Virus record (IMG/VR): IMGVR_UViG_3300027985_000790
Coordinates: 1 to 62,337 of that record
Strand: one strand, 5' to 3'
DNA length: 62,337 nt
Source of the DNA: a virus
Lineage: Duplodnaviria > Caudoviricetes
Made by a program: the position numbers and the translations under genes. The notes below the pieces were generated by a model that worked only from the letters and a program-made list of their open reading frames with translations, had not been told where the DNA came from and ran no database searches. Of this stretch, positions 44,908-59,467 are shown one piece after another. The number at the start of each line of letters is the position of its first letter. Within the stretch, counting starts at the first letter, position 1.

Positions 44908-45422
44908 GAAGTACCCTCCACATTTATTGAAGCAGCATCCATACTTGTGGACGCCGCGCTAGAATTGACAATCAGTTTTACCCAGATTGCCTGTGCTTCA
45001 CCTGCGTCTAAGTTACCTATGGATAGCCCCGTTCCAGGTGTTGAAGGGGCTGAAAACGTCACGCCCGAGGGAGCTGTAGTGTCGTTGGCTACCGTGGTAG
45101 CTACACCTGTAGTCATGCCATCCCCTATACCTGCAGGATCCAAACCTATCTCTAAGCTGGTGTCAGCAGACGTCGTCTGGTTCCCTATGTAGACAACAGC
45201 AGACGACAGCGTGTCTGTGTCGTTGGTGTTGGCAATGTAGATGCACCGGTACTTGGTAACACCTGCAGACGCCTCAGCTGCTGTGATGCTAGCGAACAAA
45301 TTCTCTAGCGTGGCACCCACAGGCTCTGCGTAACTAATGACACCCCCAAGCGCCAAGTTAGGGGCAGTGTTTATCGCTCCGCCAGTCAAGCGGAACTCCA
45401 TGTCAGCTTCTACTACTGCCAT
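44904..45422 (-). CDS. Virion structural protein (tail)
   Basis: Beta-rich; NLF..I...E...G...YRC.YI.N; last gene of the tail module. Confidence 0.65.
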   Translation of the reverse strand: MAVVEADMEFRLTGGAINTAPNLALGGVISYAEPVGATLENLFASITAAEASAGVTKYRCIYIANTNDTDTLSSAVVYIGNQTTSADTSLEIGLDPAGIGDGMTTGVATTVANDTTAPSGVTFSAPSTPGTGLSIGNLDAGEAQAIWVKLIVNSSAASTSMDAASINVEGTS

Positions 45423-45430
45423 AAACCCTC

Positions 45431-47850
45431 CTACGGGATGTTAATTGCAAACTCGCGGAATGCCTTAGTGAAGCTGGTGAAGCTACCGCGAACGCTTTCT
45501 ATTTCCACCTTACCTGTGCCAGACATTCCGGAAGGAAGCGTTAGCGTGGCAGAAGGTGAGCTAAGATTCAACTGAGTATAGCTGCCTTGCAGTACGCCGT
45601 CTAAGTAGAACCGCATGTTGTAAAGAACGCCTGCTTCTTCTGTGTGAGCAGAATCATTCTCCCAGGCAATAGTAGTGACCAAGCGGCTTCTAGGAAGCCA
45701 GGCAATGGCATGAGCACCTGCCGTCGTTACAGTAGCGGGGCTGGCGGACCCGTCTACTGTAATATAATCAGGAGGCAGAGGTGCATCATACCGCCACGCG
45801 GGGTTAACTGAGAACTCAGCTGCATCAGCTGCCAGGATTTCATCGTTGTAGGTGTACGACTGCAGATAAGCAGTCACTTGACCTATATAAGAGAAAGAAC
45901 CTTCGCACAAAGCATCAGCTGTCAGGAAGTAGATAGTAGCACCTGATACGTGAGCAGCCACTACCGAATCAAGTAGAGCTCTCTTTACAGTATGCAAGGT
46001 GTAGCTTCCGCCGCCATTATCGGTGAAGGTAAGGAACGTGAACAGCTCCCCGTCTATTACGAAGAGGTTCTTGCCTGCATGAGCTTCGGTAGAGGTGGCT
46101 GCTTCAAGCGTGAAAGTGGAAGGAAGAAGACCTGCTACATCCAGGTCAGTAATAGACCCTGTGGGCATACCGTCCGTTATGAGTATATCCTCAGCCAGCT
46201 GAGCAGTGTTGGTGTATGCTGTGTCTGTAATGTCGGCTTGTAGTGCGGTGGAAGGCTGAGACAGCCAGCCTTTGTAGCCCTGCTGGTAGGCATTAGGCTG
46301 CTTGGCCATGGACATGATGGCCGTCTCACCCGTGGACGTGGAAAACGCCAAGTCAATCTGTGCTTGCTGAACCAGCCAGTAAGGCGCTTCCATCACCTTG
46401 GCGGCTGTGATATCCACGGCGGTTACGTCTATAGGCGTGTGCCCTGATGGCTCAGGAGCTGCAAACACAGTGAGATCTGTGGCGAACTTGTCTTGGACGC
46501 ACTCGATGACTACACGGCCATCCAGAAGGTCGCCTAGGTTGAAGCGCTGAACGCGCATCACTATTTGTTCCAGGTTGTACTCTGACCAGGTCATGAGGAA
46601 CGGGTCACCTGGGCGCAAAGAAGCAGCATTCCGCTTGAGTTCCAAAGTAGCTTTGAACAAAGGCACGGAGTACTGAGCCAACTCCCGTGTGGCTAATGCT
46701 ACAGCCAAGTCCCCTGTGCTGCATCCTGGGAAGCTAACATTGCTAGAGCGTAGGCGCTGCTGCGAATTTATGTTAGCCATGTCTTGAACCATAGCAGAAC
46801 CGTTCTCATACTTGTTGCTGGCATTGGTATACGTTACCCGGAATTGGTTTATGGTATCGTCCCAGGAGTTGCTGGTGAAATCGCGTAAGGAAGCTATGTT
46901 GCTCTCGTCAAAGACATCAAGGTCTTCTACTGCATAGTCAGCTCGGATGAGCTTAAGCTCTATGGTACCTGTACTAGGGTCCTGGTACAAAATACCGTCT
47001 ATCTGCCTGAGTATCTCCTCAGCAATGTCCTTACCGCTGTTGGCTTTGGTTATGAGCAAGCTGATTCCGTTACCTTCGTCAGCTAAAGTAGAAGCTGCTG
47101 AAACGAAACTGGCAGTACCAATGTCGCTAGGATCCACGTCTAAGCCACCCCACTCAGATATCAAGACCTGGTAGAGCGCTTCAGCAGGGTTTAAGTCGTC
47201 GCCTACTCTGTTAACCAACGAAGTCAAACCCAAGCTGTTCGGGTACCGATACAATTCAAAACTGCAGGTATGTAAAGTGGGGCTGTTGCCTATGTAAGCT
47301 TTCTGGAAAACAACGTGGCTTAGTCCGTTGTAAGCGGGTACTGTGTCCAGGGCATCGACGTAAGAATTTACCGACTGGGTAAAGCTTCCGCCGTAGAAGT
47401 CAATACTGTCGCACACGAAGCCGCCGGAACCCGTACTGCCCCCGAACAAAGAAGGTTCTTGTATTGCTATGGTAGCTTCTCCAGATATGTCGCCTGACCA
47501 GACCTCGTCATTTTCTATCCAGATTTTAGTAAGATGAACAGCTTCTCCCAAGCACAACCCTAAGTCGAAGCCAAGGTAGTACTTGTAGCCAATTATCACT
47601 CTCTTAGATGAGAAGAACCCCGTCTTTACCTTCTGCGTTATGGGTACAGCTTCAAAGTCGGAATACCAAAGGGTGTTAGGGGCACGGAGTCTGCGTTTAC
47701 CCAGCAGCACAGCTATAGGTGTGCCTTCGTCTGCTTGAGGTACTGTTAGATCATCCAAGCCCCCTGGACGTGCATCTTCTAAGCGAGGTTTAGGCGTAAG
47801 CAGGGCAGTGACTATAAAAGACACTACCCACATGGCTATTGAGACCCATA

Positions 47851-47854
<4 letters not shown>
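45431..47854 (-). CDS. Tail tip / central hub protein
   Basis: 807 aa; GYKYYLG, DLNPA..LY and LKLIR.DY, typical of YuA/Chi-like tips. Confidence 0.8.
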
Positions 47855-51480
<3,626 letters not shown>

Positions 51481-51481
51481 G

Positions 51482-52417
51482 TTAATTCTCCTCTACTGCA
51501 AAAAAGTCGCGCCCCGTTGTGCGGGAGACGTTCTGGAAAAGTCTAAAGGTTCTAGTGCTATAAGTAACTGTTTGCTCTGAGGTTCTGTTAAAAGCAGGTA
51601 TGGCAAAGACGCCATCTAAAGCTCCTGCCATGTCTCGTAATGCGGAATCGAGTATATGCACCTGGAACAAAGGTACTTCCCCATTTACGTTAGGCCGCCA
51701 GTTGTAGAAGTTGCCTAACCAGCTCCATTGCGTAGTAGTCGTGTACCAGGAAGCAGGTACCTTAAAAGGCCAGGTCATGGCATAGCCGGTTGACCTTGAC
51801 TTGGATGGAGAATACGCTACAGAAGTGTCATTTTCCTGGTTACCTACGGGCACCCAAGTTCCTGCCCTCCGCAGAATGAAAGCGGCGTTATCGCCCGGAT
51901 CCGCGAAGGACCGGAAACCTGAGCTTGTGTAGTTATACGCTTTTGGTATGTAGTAGGTTGCTCCCACGTACAAAGGGAAGGGGTGCTCACTGGGCAAAGC
52001 GAAAGGCAAGAAGAATCCAGCATACATGCTCAGATAACTTGTACCTATTTTTGCTATAACAATAAACCGCCGGTCGTTAGCGTAGAACCAGTAGTCAATA
52101 GAATTCTGCCACAAGCAGAAGTAGATGGACGGATTCTTGCTTTGTAGAGCGAAAGATAAGCCTGAGTCAAAGTTAGTGGATCCTGCTACGTCCCAGCAAT
52201 AGTAGCCATTGGCGGCATCGGCGTAGCTCTGAAGACCCACAAACACCTGGCGGTCTGTGCCCGCTCCTGGGCCACGAACCCACAACTCAGCGGTATCCGT
52301 GATAGACGCAGGAGCCGTCCATCTTAGTTGCGTCCAGCCAACAGTACCAGTTAGCCACAAGCGCAGTTTGTCCATCAAGTCATGGTAATCAGTGGCAGTG
52401 CCAGTCGTGTAGGCCAT
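51482..52417 (-). CDS. Virion structural protein
   Basis: MAYTTGTA; YWF.AN.RR; P...P...P.PLYVG; follows the TMP gene. Confidence 0.75.
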   Translation of the reverse strand: MAYTTGTATDYHDLMDKLRLWLTGTVGWTQLRWTAPASITDTAELWVRGPGAGTDRQVFVGLQSYADAANGYYCWDVAGSTNFDSGLSFALQSKNPSIYFCLWQNSIDYWFYANDRRFIVIAKIGTSYLSMYAGFFLPFALPSEHPFPLYVGATYYIPKAYNYTSSGFRSFADPGDNAAFILRRAGTWVPVGNQENDTSVAYSPSKSRSTGYAMTWPFKVPASWYTTTTQWSWLGNFYNWRPNVNGEVPLFQVHILDSALRDMAGALDGVFAIPAFNRTSEQTVTYSTRTFRLFQNVSRTTGRDFFAVEEN

Positions 52418-55400
52418 TACGATACTCCTAACAGTTTGCGAACCACGTAGGGGTTGCGTTCGATTGTATTCATAATCAGCTGCTCACCCTCAGCAGTATT
52501 TAAGGCGGACAATGCTTCACGCGGGTCCAGTACGTTGACAACTTTAACCTGGGCGGGTTTTACTTCTTGCTGCGTGTTGAAAGCTGCTTTGCCACCCTTA
52601 AGCGTGCTGTCTGAGCTAAGAGGAACCACGGGCTGTGCTACAGGTGTAACGTAGCCACCTTCTGCGTACATGTTAAGGTTCCCCGCATTGATAGCATCCA
52701 GTATATCCCGGTACCTGGCAGTCTGCTCTGCATTGACGACGTACTCGCCATTAGACAAGCGAGCCGCGATTGAATCAGACGTACCCGTGCCCGGACCTTG
52801 GATGTAGCCACCCGTTGCTGCTGCCACAGAACCGCTGTTACCAAAGAAAGAACCTGCCGCGCTTATCAGTGACCCCCACATACCGCCACCTGAGGACTGC
52901 ATGCTAGATTGTACTGCCTTAAGGAGAAGGAACTTGGTGGTGAGCATCAAAATATCAGAAGCTACGGAACGGGCAAAGTCCTTAAAGTTCAGCTTGCCCG
53001 TCTCTGCGAAGTCAACGATAGCAGATGCCATGTTGTCAAAGACGGAGTTGAAAGCCCCCTCCGTTACGTCAGCTTCTGACTTGTACGTCTCAGCGAGGCC
53101 TGCTACTGCTCGTTCAATACCGGAACGCCAGTCAGTCGCATTCTCAAGGTCAGCATCTCTCGCATCTTTTAGGCGCTTCTTAAAGAGCTCGTCCAGTTGC
53201 GTTGCAAAATCTTCATAAACTAGGCCTGCTGCTATGAGGATTTTCTTCTGCTCTTCATACCAGCGGTAAGTTTCTTGGACGTTAGCGTCCTGAGACTCAG
53301 TTACTCGTAGCCATTCCTCTCTGATAGAACCTACCACGTCCTTCTGAACTTGAGTAAGGCCCTTTGCCCATTCCTGCGTGTTCTTTATGTCGTCAACCCG
53401 AGCCTGCTGGATCCGGTTGGTGTAGACGTCTTCCAGTTGGTCAGCAAACTGGGTGGTGGCCAAACCCACAGCAGAAAGGATCTCAACTTCGGTGGTGTGC
53501 CACTTCTCAACTTGTGCTTCTGCACCACCACGAGCAGCTTGCAGCTCCTCAAAAGACTCAGCCATATCTTCAATGGCAGTCTTCTGAGCACGAGTCAAAC
53601 CTGCTGACCAAGCATTTGCCGACTGGATGTCCTGAGTACGTGCGGTCATCAGCTTGTCTTTATAGATTGCTTGAACCATGTCTGCATACTTGCTGTGCTC
53701 AAGACCTAACTTGGTGAGCTGCAGAGTTTGCTGAGCGTACCAAGCTTCCACGCCAACTGTGGCGTTGCCTTGCTCTTCCTGGAGTTTGGCGTAGGCTTTT
53801 ACAACTTGATCTATGAAGCGTGAAGCACCTTTGATAGCATTACCTGCGCCGCCAGCAGAACCAGCCAGTGAGGAATACTTGTTGTTAAGGAGCTCTGCAT
53901 TGGCAGCAGCTTCCTTGTCCGTAGCTATCACGTCTTTCAGGTTGGCCAGGTACTGAGTCTTGAGTACCCCTACAGTACCTTCTACAGTCTTACCGAAACC
54001 GTCCAGGAAGTCAGTATTGAGGTTCTTTTCCCAAGCATCAGAAATAGCTGCACCCAGTCCACCAAAGGCTTTCTTGGCTTTCTCGTCAACGTTTAAACGC
54101 TCAAAGCTAACGCTTAAGGCTTTCTCGATGGCGTCCCCAGTACCTTCAACATGAGGAACTATATCTTCCAGCTTGCGGAAGGTATCAGCAACCAAGTTAA
54201 CTACACCGTTGGTAGCTGTCTCAGCCCCATCTATTACAGCATTTGCAGCGGCAGCTTGTATGCCGCGGAAGACATCGGGAAGCTGCTCCCATACCTTGAC
54301 TATTACGTCGTAAGCGGTTACCCACACAGCGATAATGGTGTTGGCGCTGGTCTTGAAAAGGTTCTGAACGAACTCGAGGGCAGTTGAGAGACTAACGCCC
54401 CACTTCGCCAGCATGGCTTCATTTTCAGTCACCCAGGTTACCGCTGCATCGCGTACTTCACCGTACCAGGTTTTGACTTGGTCGAGAGAGGCGCCAATGT
54501 TCTGGCTAGCTGTCGCAACAGCAGCACGAATACCTTGCCACACGGTAACCGTCTCGCCGCCCACGGATACCATCTCGTCACCGAATGCGCCGAGCGCTAA
54601 GCCCAGGGTGCCCAAAGCCACTGTAAATGCACCAATGGGCGTAGCAGCGAAGCCTACAGCCATGGTAGCGAAGGCCACAGCCAAGCGTCCAGCTATTACA
54701 GTGGATATGGCTACGACTGCGCCAGCAAGAACTTCAAAGTTGTCCGCCAGCAGCAAGATACCTTGTGCAAGAATGGTATTCAGACCCGTAGTACGGTTAG
54801 TTTCTCGAGCGAAGTTGAGCATATGGTTCTGCAGCACCGTGAAGGCGTTCTCGATGGTGGGTGCCACCTTTGCAAACTCCTCAGCCAGCTGAGGTGCTGC
54901 CTCAGCCATCGCGTCTACAATAACTTTGGTGGTCAGCTTACCTTCGGATGCTAGCTTCTTCAACTCGCCACGAGTCACGCCTAAGCTGTCGGCTATGGCT
55001 TTCATCACACGAGGCAAGTTCTCATTGACTGAGACGAACTCATCCTGCTTCAACGTATTGGTGCCCAGGGCTTGGCCCAACTGGCGCAGACCGGCGATTG
55101 CTTCACTAGTAGCCGTACCAGAGATAATCATTGCTTGGTTCAGCTGCTCTGTGAGGTTCAACTGGTCTTGGTAGCTGAGGCCCATCCGGTCAGTGGCTAT
55201 AGACAGGCGGCGGAACAGTTCCGCATTGTCAGCAAGAGGGGTTCTCGTCTTGTTAGAGATGTCATACAGTTCTTGGTAGACTGCGTTCAGCTCACCCGTA
55301 GTGTTGGTTACCAGCTTGAGGCTGTTATCCACACGGGTAGCGCTGTCGATTATGTCTGAAAAAGTAGTGGTGAGAAGACCTAAGGAGGCAAAGCGTAGTA

Positions 55401-55560
55401 TGTCTCCAAAATGGTCAATGCCCAAGGTTAGGTTGTAAAACTGACGCTCAGTTTTAAGGGCTTGGTTACCCATGGTATCCAAGCCACTCGTGGTTCTTTT
55501 GATAGATCTATCGGCGTCCTGGGAGTCTACTCCCACCCTTAGGCTTGACTGTTGGTCCAT
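52417..55560 (-). CDS. Tape measure protein
   Basis: 1047 aa, Ala-rich helical; QLGQAL...L..DEF.SV.E; GG...GPGTGTSDSI.ARLSNGEYV. Confidence 0.93.
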   Translation of the reverse strand: MDQQSSLRVGVDSQDADRSIKRTTSGLDTMGNQALKTERQFYNLTLGIDHFGDILRFASLGLLTTTFSDIIDSATRVDNSLKLVTNTTGELNAVYQELYDISNKTRTPLADNAELFRRLSIATDRMGLSYQDQLNLTEQLNQAMIISGTATSEAIAGLRQLGQALGTNTLKQDEFVSVNENLPRVMKAIADSLGVTRGELKKLASEGKLTTKVIVDAMAEAAPQLAEEFAKVAPTIENAFTVLQNHMLNFARETNRTTGLNTILAQGILLLADNFEVLAGAVVAISTVIAGRLAVAFATMAVGFAATPIGAFTVALGTLGLALGAFGDEMVSVGGETVTVWQGIRAAVATASQNIGASLDQVKTWYGEVRDAAVTWVTENEAMLAKWGVSLSTALEFVQNLFKTSANTIIAVWVTAYDVIVKVWEQLPDVFRGIQAAAANAVIDGAETATNGVVNLVADTFRKLEDIVPHVEGTGDAIEKALSVSFERLNVDEKAKKAFGGLGAAISDAWEKNLNTDFLDGFGKTVEGTVGVLKTQYLANLKDVIATDKEAAANAELLNNKYSSLAGSAGGAGNAIKGASRFIDQVVKAYAKLQEEQGNATVGVEAWYAQQTLQLTKLGLEHSKYADMVQAIYKDKLMTARTQDIQSANAWSAGLTRAQKTAIEDMAESFEELQAARGGAEAQVEKWHTTEVEILSAVGLATTQFADQLEDVYTNRIQQARVDDIKNTQEWAKGLTQVQKDVVGSIREEWLRVTESQDANVQETYRWYEEQKKILIAAGLVYEDFATQLDELFKKRLKDARDADLENATDWRSGIERAVAGLAETYKSEADVTEGAFNSVFDNMASAIVDFAETGKLNFKDFARSVASDILMLTTKFLLLKAVQSSMQSSGGGMWGSLISAAGSFFGNSGSVAAATGGYIQGPGTGTSDSIAARLSNGEYVVNAEQTARYRDILDAINAGNLNMYAEGGYVTPVAQPVVPLSSDSTLKGGKAAFNTQQEVKPAQVKVVNVLDPREALSALNTAEGEQLIMNTIERNPYVVRKLLGVS

Positions 55561-55876
55561 CTTTCTTCACCTTATGCTTTAACCAGGTTCTATCGCAAGC
55601 AGTGACGAATCGGAGTAGGTCTGCTCGCTCATCTAGCGAGTCGATACCCATCAGAAGCGCATAGCTGAGAATTTCTGAAATGGGAATAGGGCCACTTCCC
55701 ATTATACGGGAACCGTGTAGCAGCATAAAGGCAGAGTAGTACATTTCCGCGCCCGGAATAAGGTGTGGCTTAGAGAGTAAGGCCGGAGGGGCCTTACCCA
55801 TTTCTGCCATCTTTTTTAGGATTTCTTCCCGTTCACCATATTCCGCCATCCACCGGACGAGGTCTACGAGTTTCCC
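55508..55876 (-). CDS. Tail assembly chaperone, frameshift extension (gpT-like)
   Basis: -1 frame is open from the slippery GGGAAAC (55870-55876) into the ORF at 55849. Confidence 0.7.
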   Translation of the reverse strand, partial: GKLVDLVRWMAEYGEREEILKKMAEMGKAPPALLSKPHLIPGAEMYYSAFMLLHGSRIMGSGPIPISEILSYALLMGIDSLDERADLLRFVTACDRTWLKHKVKKDGPTVKPKGGSRLPGRR

Positions 55877-56268
55877 TCAATGGCCTTGGATTGCTCCACG
55901 CGGAAGTTGGCTTGGTTCTTGGCTTCATTAATGACCGTAGTCAGCAGCCAGTCAATTTCGGTGAGGAAGCGCACAGCATTGGTATAGCTGTATGGCAGTT
56001 CTTCTTCGCCGTCGTAGAAGCCTTTCCAGTCGACCAGAATGTGCTTGGCCAGGCAGTTGACCATAATGGTCTTCTGCTCTTCTACCGGCACTTCACGCCC
56101 AATCTTGGTGTAAGCCTTGGTGGCGTTGACGAGATCCAAGGCGAACTCCTTGGTATCGAAGGAAGCTACGCAGATAGATGCGCCGCTACCCAAGTCAATC
56201 CAGACGCCTTTCTTCTTCTGGTCATCGGTGCGCATTGAGTTGATGTCAAACTTAGCCATAATGGTCAT
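55864..56268 (-). CDS. Tail assembly chaperone (gpG-like)
   Basis: Between tube and TMP genes; LVDWKG...PYS..NA; ends ...EGNS. Confidence 0.8.
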   Translation of the reverse strand: MTIMAKFDINSMRTDDQKKKGVWIDLGSGASICVASFDTKEFALDLVNATKAYTKIGREVPVEEQKTIMVNCLAKHILVDWKGFYDGEEELPYSYTNAVRFLTEIDWLLTTVINEAKNQANFRVEQSKAIEGNS

Positions 56269-56271
56269 CCT

Positions 56272-56295
56272 AAAGAAAGGGGCCTTCCGGCCCCT
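56272..56295 (-). terminator. Intrinsic terminator after the tail tube gene
   Basis: AGGGGCC-GGAA-GGCCCCT-TTCTTT. Confidence 0.75.
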
Positions 56296-56303
56296 AGTTC
56301 GTA

Positions 56304-57509
56304 TTAAGCAGCAGCAAGGCGGCTCACTTGGAACTGGTAAGTACCAGCAGTGTTAATTATTGCAGTGAACTCAGAAGACGCAAAGATGTCTTGGTCGAGA
56401 CCACCTGCAACAATTTCCATATTTGAGAACTTGACACGAGGCAAGGTCACAATATAGAGGTTGCCAGCGGCATCTGCTACCATGAAGGACAAGGAGAACG
56501 CAGTGGTCGCCCGGAAACGGTCGAACAGGTCAGAGTTCTCGAAGTACAGCTCCATGGACCCAGTGAGGTCAATCCTGCTACCTTCTACGCCGATAAAGCC
56601 CAAGGTACCAATTGCTTCTTGGCCGCGCAAGCGGTTGTCCAGATTAAAGCTCATGGAAGTGAAGTAGTACTGGGAACCCGCCGGGTCACCATCGAAGGAA
56701 ATTGCTGCTACGTTGTTCACCGCATTGAGAACGGTGGTCGTAGTGGCCGGTACGAAAGTAGCACCCGCGAACTGCGTTTCCGTCATAGCAGAATCTTTCG
56801 CCAGAATCGGGAAGGTTACGCCCAGGATGGACCCGGTAGACATATCGGCTTGGAAACCACCGATACGAGCACCCGGGAAGTTCTGGTACTCAGGAGTGTC
56901 CAGGTCCGTAAAAGCCTTCTGGATGGTGAAGGACCGCTTGGTCACACCGTTGCGGACGAACTCAAGAGCCACGATGTCTACACTATCGCCAGCGGCTATG
57001 GTAGCCACATCTGCCAGAGGAGCAATGGCAACTGAGTTGGCTGTAGGAGTGCCCACGATCTCGGCGTAGATGGTGTTAACACCCGTGAACCCGGAAACGG
57101 CAATGAACTGCCCCACCGTCCAGCTCTGAGCGGACAAGTCCGTAGTAGAGGAGGTCAGCGCCCAAGTGTTGGGAGTGCCAGCTGTCTTGGTGATACCAAT
57201 ATCAGAGGCGGCGGAAATGTCGCTTCCGGTAGTCACCCAATCGCTAAAGCACGCAGCGGCGATAAAGTCATCGTAGGTGCCGTAGGACCACTCACCGTTA
57301 ATGTCACCGCCAGAAGACGCGGAAACTTGAACGGTGTCCGGAGTCATGCGGTCAGACCGGATTTCTTCGGAGGTGGTGAAGTCAGCATTGTAGTTCAGGG
57401 ATTCGCTGGTAAACCGAATGGCTTCCAGCGCCGGAGTTGCAGGCGTAGTCCCCCAGGTTGATTCCTCAACCATGCGAAGGGCTACTCGATTTGAAGTACC
57501 AAAGCTCAT
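56304..57509 (-). CDS. Major tail tube protein
   Basis: E.TWGTTP..P, SEEIR.DR and GGDI..E.S; position. Confidence 0.85.
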   Translation of the reverse strand: MSFGTSNRVALRMVEESTWGTTPATPALEAIRFTSESLNYNADFTTSEEIRSDRMTPDTVQVSASSGGDINGEWSYGTYDDFIAAACFSDWVTTGSDISAASDIGITKTAGTPNTWALTSSTTDLSAQSWTVGQFIAVSGFTGVNTIYAEIVGTPTANSVAIAPLADVATIAAGDSVDIVALEFVRNGVTKRSFTIQKAFTDLDTPEYQNFPGARIGGFQADMSTGSILGVTFPILAKDSAMTETQFAGATFVPATTTTVLNAVNNVAAISFDGDPAGSQYYFTSMSFNLDNRLRGQEAIGTLGFIGVEGSRIDLTGSMELYFENSDLFDRFRATTAFSLSFMVADAAGNLYIVTLPRVKFSNMEIVAGGLDQDIFASSEFTAIINTAGTYQFQVSRLAAA

Positions 57510-57519
57510 TTAGGGCCTC

Positions 57520-57927
57520 CTAAAAGAAATCGTCCCTTCTGAAAGGACATATTACATTGAGTCGATACCACGCGGTATCATCACTCTCTACCAGTCGAAC
57601 GTAAGGAGCAAGGTGGCAGGTTATGCCGCCTGACTGCCAGTTGCGAAAGACGGCACAGGCTTGGTCAGCAAGCTCTAAGGCCAGTTTATCACCTTCATCC
57701 GTAGGACAATAAATGCTAATGATTATCATTCCAGGATGTCTGAAGACATTGTTACCTGGGTCTCCAAAACTTGCTGGATACGCCTCAGCTCCTGCAATCG
57801 TCAGCTTGACCCAGGAGGTGCCAACCACAGGTTTGTATTCGTCATTAGGATACGACACAGGCGTAGTGGAGCCCCAAAGCGTATTGAAGCGAGACCTTAT
57901 AGCAGAATTCTGAGAAGCATAGCTCAT
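57520..57927 (-). CDS. Tail terminator protein
   Basis: YPN..Y.P, G...ISIY.P...G, AD.....F; position. Confidence 0.7.
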   Translation of the reverse strand: MSYASQNSAIRSRFNTLWGSTTPVSYPNDEYKPVVGTSWVKLTIAGAEAYPASFGDPGNNVFRHPGMIIISIYCPTDEGDKLALELADQACAVFRNWQSGGITCHLAPYVRLVESDDTAWYRLNVICPFRRDDFF

Positions 57928-58337
57928 CTTGTAATCCTCCCGCCGTATTTCATCTGGATGGCCACTACGTTGATGTCCACCATACCTTGAGGTGCTTTAC
58001 TAGAGTAGCCGTTCTCTAGCGGTACTATATAAGGCAGATTGTTGGTCAGCCAGATTGTTTGCCCCAGCTTGGCGGACAAAGCATTGGCTTTGACAGCTAC
58101 CATGGTTTGTGTGCCACCAGGGTCTCGTGCCAGAAAGTCTACCTCATTTGAAGGAAGCCCTATGGTAGGAAACCAGTTGCCTCGGGCTCTGCCTGTCAGT
58201 ACGGGGGTGTCCATAACTACTCGCTCGTCTAGCTCCAATGCTATCTTGATGAAGATAGCCCGGGCCCTGTCCCGGGTTACTTCACCGAATTTCTTTAGAT
58301 CTACGGCAAATAGCCGAGCAGGCTTACCTTTAGCCAT
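57924..58337 (-). CDS. Neck / tail completion protein (HK97 gp10-like)
   Basis: TPV.TGRARGNW and NNLPY...LE.G.S..AP.GMV. Confidence 0.85.
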   Translation of the reverse strand: MAKGKPARLFAVDLKKFGEVTRDRARAIFIKIALELDERVVMDTPVLTGRARGNWFPTIGLPSNEVDFLARDPGGTQTMVAVKANALSAKLGQTIWLTNNLPYIVPLENGYSSKAPQGMVDINVVAIQMKYGGRITR

Positions 58338-58710
58338 TGGTCAAGCCCACCTTATAAATGATGGCTATGCCCGATGGTGCAACGGCTGCTAAGCCAGCTA
58401 TGAAGAAGGTTTCAGAACCTACTGTTATTTTATCTCCGGCTTTAGGCTTGACGCTCGCGGCGTTTAAATCGTTCGCGGCAAGTAGCATCATTTGAGAGAA
58501 ACCGGCTACTTGCTCCTTGGTGAACTCAACCCAGCGTTTCTCACTCTTGGGGAGAAGAACGCCGTAAGTAGGAACACTCGTAGACGTCTTGGTTTTAGCG
58601 CCTGCTGCTGCGTTGTATGAAGATCCCGTGGAAATCACTACTGTTACGGGGCATCCAGCTTCCTTGATGTCTTCGCCGGCATCCACTGCGTCTGCTGCGT
58701 AGTCAGCCAT
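58330..58710 (-). CDS. Head closure / head-tail joining protein
   Basis: Position and size; P..GD.I.V. Confidence 0.6.
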   Translation of the reverse strand: MADYAADAVDAGEDIKEAGCPVTVVISTGSSYNAAAGAKTKTSTSVPTYGVLLPKSEKRWVEFTKEQVAGFSQMMLLAANDLNAASVKPKAGDKITVGSETFFIAGLAAVAPSGIAIIYKVGLTNG

Positions 58711-58711
58711 A

Positions 58712-59185
58712 CTAGCTCCTCAGCAGCTGAGAGCTGCCAGTCAAAGAGGACAGTAGTTGGTAGACATGCGTAGGCACTGAACCTGTGACAGCTTTTTCTG
58801 AGAAATACTCTGTTTCGAGGACGTCCACCTTCTTACGCTTGATACCGGATTTGCTGGTCACAATGCCTTCCATATCGTAGACACCAGAGCGGAACATGTC
58901 CGCTACCAACGCGCAAGCTTCTTTTACCTGCCACGGGGCGTCCGTTTCTCCTACTACAAAACCGTCTTCGTCCTCAGCAAACAACCGCGGCCATTTGAGG
59001 CGCTGCGTTTCTGAGGCCTTAACTCCTCCGAAAGAGAAGTTCCTGTCAATCCAGTCAGTGGCTTTTACGATGTTGACTTCTTTCTGAGTATCAGAAAGGG
59101 CCGTCCAGGTTGTGTTGCCCCGGGCGGCCCAATAAGCATCAACATTTGCCACGGAATCATAAGCGTCCGTAAGAAGCGTTAACAT
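58712..59185 (-). CDS. Head-tail adaptor
   Basis: Y.SVA..DAY...RG, A.DWID, Q.L.WPR and KVDVLE.EY. Confidence 0.75.
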   Translation of the reverse strand: MLTLLTDAYDSVANVDAYWAARGNTTWTALSDTQKEVNIVKATDWIDRNFSFGGVKASETQRLKWPRLFAEDEDGFVVGETDAPWQVKEACALVADMFRSGVYDMEGIVTSKSGIKRKKVDVLETEYFSEKAVTGSVPTHVYQLLSSLTGSSQLLRS

Positions 59186-59456
59186 GGCGCGTTTCCTCCA
59201 GCTTCTCGATACGCTGCTGTAGGTAGCGCATCTGCTCTCTTAAAGCAGCGACCTCTGCAGTTGCCACATAGCGGTCGCGGGAGTTCGCTTCAATCCGTTC
59301 CACTTGAACCTGCATCCCTGCCACACGTTCGGTAAGTGTTGCTACGTCAAGGGAGGTGGTGTGGACAGTGCCACCTACCCAAATGCAGATGGCTACTACT
59401 ACAACCTGGAGACCTGTCTGGATGTGCTGACCCAGAGATTTAGTTGCTTCCGCCAT
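59157..59456 (-). CDS. Hypothetical membrane protein (TM plus coiled coil)
   Basis: One TM segment; AGGAGGT RBS. Confidence 0.65.
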   Translation of the reverse strand: MAEATKSLGQHIQTGLQVVVVAICIWVGGTVHTTSLDVATLTERVAGMQVQVERIEANSRDRYVATAEVAALREQMRYLQQRIEKLEETRHVNASYGRL

Positions 59457-59467
59457 CTTGCACCTCC

